A stretch of 32,000 bases of DNA, from NCBI GenBank assembly GCA_022646745.1, contig CP060262.1:2130001-2162000 (forward strand). The letters are read 5' to 3'. This document shows, in pieces, positions 27,572 through 32,000 of this stretch. Made by a program: the position numbers and the translations under genes. The notes under the pieces are model-generated. The model was not told the origin of the DNA. It saw only the letters and a program-made list of their open reading frames with translations, and made no database searches. The stretch is from Planctomycetales bacterium (GTDB lineage: Bacteria > 4484-113 > JAFGCY01). How positions within the stretch are numbered: position 1 is the first letter of the stretch; each line of letters begins with the position of its first letter.

Positions 27572-28033
27572 TCAGCCGTCATTCTGGGCGGGTTGGCTGA
27601 GGCGCAGCACCAGTTCCACGTTGGCAAGCAGGATGCGGTCGCCGTTGCCAAGCGGACGGGCCGGCGGCGGGGCCTGGCCACTGCGCCGCGTGATGTCCTC
27701 ACCGTTGAGCAGCGTGCCGTTCGTGCTGCCGAGGTCCTGCAGGAACAGGCCGTCCTCGATCCAGACCAGTTCGGCATGCCTGCGGGAGACCACCGGCGTC
27801 TGTCCCAGCTCGGCATCCGTCAGGTCGATGTCAACCACCACGGCCGGCGGGTCATTGCGCCCGATCAGCATCCGCTCGCGCTCGATGCGGAAGCTGCGCC
27901 CGAGCGCCGGTCCGTTGGCAATCTCCAGCACGGCGTCCGGCCGCTGCGGCGCAGAGCCGTTGCCTGTCTCATCCAGCTGTTGCCTGGCGGGGCGGCCGGG
28001 GATCGGCCCGCGCCCGAAGCCTGAATCAGTCAT
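27572..28033 (-). CDS. Small FHA-domain protein
   Basis: 153 aa. FHA signature: IGRNDPP..VDIDL..VSRRHAELV..LFLQDLGSTNGTLLNGEDI. A ~45-aa Gly/Pro/Arg-rich N-terminus precedes it. The ATG overlaps the vWA stop (ATGACTGA). Confidence 0.85.
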   Translation of the reverse strand: MTDSGFGRGPIPGRPARQQLDETGNGSAPQRPDAVLEIANGPALGRSFRIERERMLIGRNDPPAVVVDIDLTDAELGQTPVVSRRHAELVWIEDGLFLQDLGSTNGTLLNGEDITRRSGQAPPPARPLGNGDRILLANVELVLRLSQPAQNDG

Positions 28034-29271
28034 GTCGCTCGTCCCGGGCAGTCCTGCTCAGAAGCGAGGTTGCCCTGTGGCGCGTAAGCTTACCAGTTTT
28101 CTTCAGTTCACTGAGCTGTTCCCGCGCGTCGGCCGCGATTTCCGGCCGGTCCACCTGCTCGGCGTTGTCAATGATCTGCTCCAGCAGGCGCGAGGTCTGG
28201 CGCGACTCGTCACTGTCCTGCAGGGTACGCATCAGCTCGTTGAGCCGGCGCCGCGATGACTCACGCTTCACTTCCTCATTCGTCTGCTGCGTGGTGCTGA
28301 AGGAATTGCTGAAGCTGACGGGCACGTCGATGCCCAGCTGCACCTTGCCATCCTGCACAAGTTCCAGCGACAGGCTGCGCCGCTCGCCCTCCTTCGATCC
28401 GAAGGGGCTGGCGGCGAACTTCACCTCCAGCAGCAGTTCCGTCGGCTGGTCCTCATTCAGCACTCCAAGGCTGGCCAGCACTGCGTCGCCATCCGGCCTG
28501 CTTTCGCAGTGCAGGAAATCCTGGCTGACGCGGCTGAGCTGCCCGCCCTGCATCCCCTGGATGTGCGTACGGATGCGCAGGCTGCTGTGGCTCGTGCTGA
28601 TCCCGCGGCAGTCCCGCAGCAGGCGCTTGAGCTCGACCGCCAGCCCGCCGGGATGCGGCTGGTAGATGAAGCGCCCGCCGCCGAGCTGGGCCAGCCGGTC
28701 CAGCAGCTTCGGGTCGAAGTAGTCCGACTCGCCGATGCCAACCGTGTACAGCCGGCAGCCTTCCTCGCGCATGCGCCGCACGCGGTCCTCCAGCAGTTCC
28801 GTGTCCGTCACCGGGTAGCCGCGCTCATCCGTCGGCACGCCGTCGGTCAGCAGGATCGCGATGCAGCTGCGCAGCTGGTCCTGCGCCAGTTCCTTGCCGA
28901 GCCAGTCCAGTGCCAGCTGCGTGCGGGTCAGGCCGCGGGGCTGCAGGCCGGCCAGCCGGGCCCGCAGTTCACTGACGAGCTGCTCCCCGCCGCGCAGTCC
29001 ATGCACCAGCTCCATCAGCTGGCTGGAGTAGACCGCGAAGTGCAGGAAGTCCTCGTTGCCAAGCAGGCGCGCCAGGGACAGTGCCGCCAGCTTGGCCTCC
29101 TCCAGCCTCATCTGCTGCACCATGCTGCGGCTGCAGTCCAGTGCCACGGCCAGTCGCAGGGCATGCTCGCCACGGGCCGGGGGAGGGGTCAGGCGGATGC
29201 GCAGGGTGTTGTCAGTCGGCTGGCTGAGCGGGATCGCCGGCCGCTCCCACTGCGCTGTGATGCCCCAGCCT

Positions 29272-31238
<1,967 letters not shown>

Positions 31239-31242
<4 letters not shown>

Positions 31243-31967
31243 CAGCTGTCCTCCCTGTCATTACGCTCCCCGCCGCCGGGCAGCTCATCCGCCATCCTGA
31301 GGATGCGGTCCGGGTCCTTGCCCTCCCACATCAGTTCGCCCATCTGCACCTGGAAGCCCTGCTCCAGCAGTTCGTGCATCTCCGTGATCACCTGCTCGGC
31401 ACTGTCACAGACCGCCGCGCTGCCACCGCCGACCTTCGTCACGGTGCTCTTCGTGTAACCGTCAATGTCGTAGAACACCTCGCCCTCCACCGGCACGCTG
31501 ACGCTGATCCCCTGTCCCATGTCGTTGACAGCGGTGAAGGCCAGCGCCGTGGCCGGGTGGCCGGGATGCTCCTCAGTGGCTTCGCTGACGAGGAAGCCCA
31601 TCTCGGCCAGGGTCTCGCGGATACCGCGCGCGATGTAGTCACGCTGGTCCGCCTTGACCTGTGCCGCATTGGCCTTCTCCACCAGCTCCTGTTCCTTCGC
31701 CTGGGCCTGCTGCGCCAGGTCGTCCGGCACCGCAGCCGCGTTGCCAGCGCGCAGTTCCCGCGTGCGCTCGTCCATCGCTGCCACCTCGCCGGGCAGCCAG
31801 CGCATCACGGTGGTGTCAGCCTGCAGGCCAGCCACGCAGCTTTCCCAGGCCGCCAGCCGGTCCTCCAGCTCCTGCCGTTCACGGCGCTCGCGTTCGGCAT
31901 CATGCTGCACGCGCACTTCCAGCCGGTCGATCGCCTTGTCAGCGAGGCGGATGTGGTAGTCGGTCAT
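31239..31967 (-). CDS. Hypothetical protein: N-terminal coiled-coil-like region plus a C-terminal mixed alpha/beta region (no family recognised)
   Basis: An ORF in the operon frame ending at TGA 31239-31241. Start tentatively ATG 31967 (MTDYHIRL...), but the frame stays open to the window edge, so the gene could be longer or 5'-truncated. Confidence 0.55.
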
Positions 31968-32000
31968 CACCGGGTCGTCACCACGCACGCTGGCGCGCGC

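Overview
GC-rich bacterial chromosomal window. I cannot name the taxon by eye, but lipoboxes, Tat, a prepilin signal and SD-type RBSs point to a Gram-negative-type organism. I support about 21 protein-coding genes and found no rRNA, tRNA, CRISPR array, transposase or integrase. Intergenic regions are short and AT-rich, with several sigma70-like promoters and GC-stem/T-run terminators. Housekeeping genes: coaX (5' truncated), an acyl-CoA carboxyltransferase, metG, a monofunctional proline dehydrogenase, tatA/tatC, an RpoD-family sigma factor and HU. Accessory or unusual content: (1) a composite inverted plus 36-bp tandem repeat at the coaX/methyltransferase junction; (2) a solitary gamma-class N6-adenine DNA methyltransferase; (3) an exported protein whose C-terminal ~122 aa are ~30% Cys in Cys/Lys/Gly repeats; (4) a stand-alone prepilin-type protein; (5) two tandem paralogous thioredoxin-fold proteins that have lost the CxxC; (6) a two-gene lipoprotein operon (beta-propeller protein with one CxxCH, plus an FN3/IPT/NHL protein); (7) a large dual-receiver PAS/GAF hybrid histidine kinase. 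The best candidate for an undescribed system is (8), a translationally coupled minus-strand operon at 27572-32000. It encodes an unrecognisable coiled-coil protein, an ATPase with a degenerate N-terminal AAA-like domain and an intact Clp/Hsp100 D2 domain, a vWA (MIDAS) protein and a small FHA protein. It appears to continue beyond the window edge and sits directly upstream of the hybrid kinase. All functional calls come from motif recognition in the supplied translations; no database search was possible.
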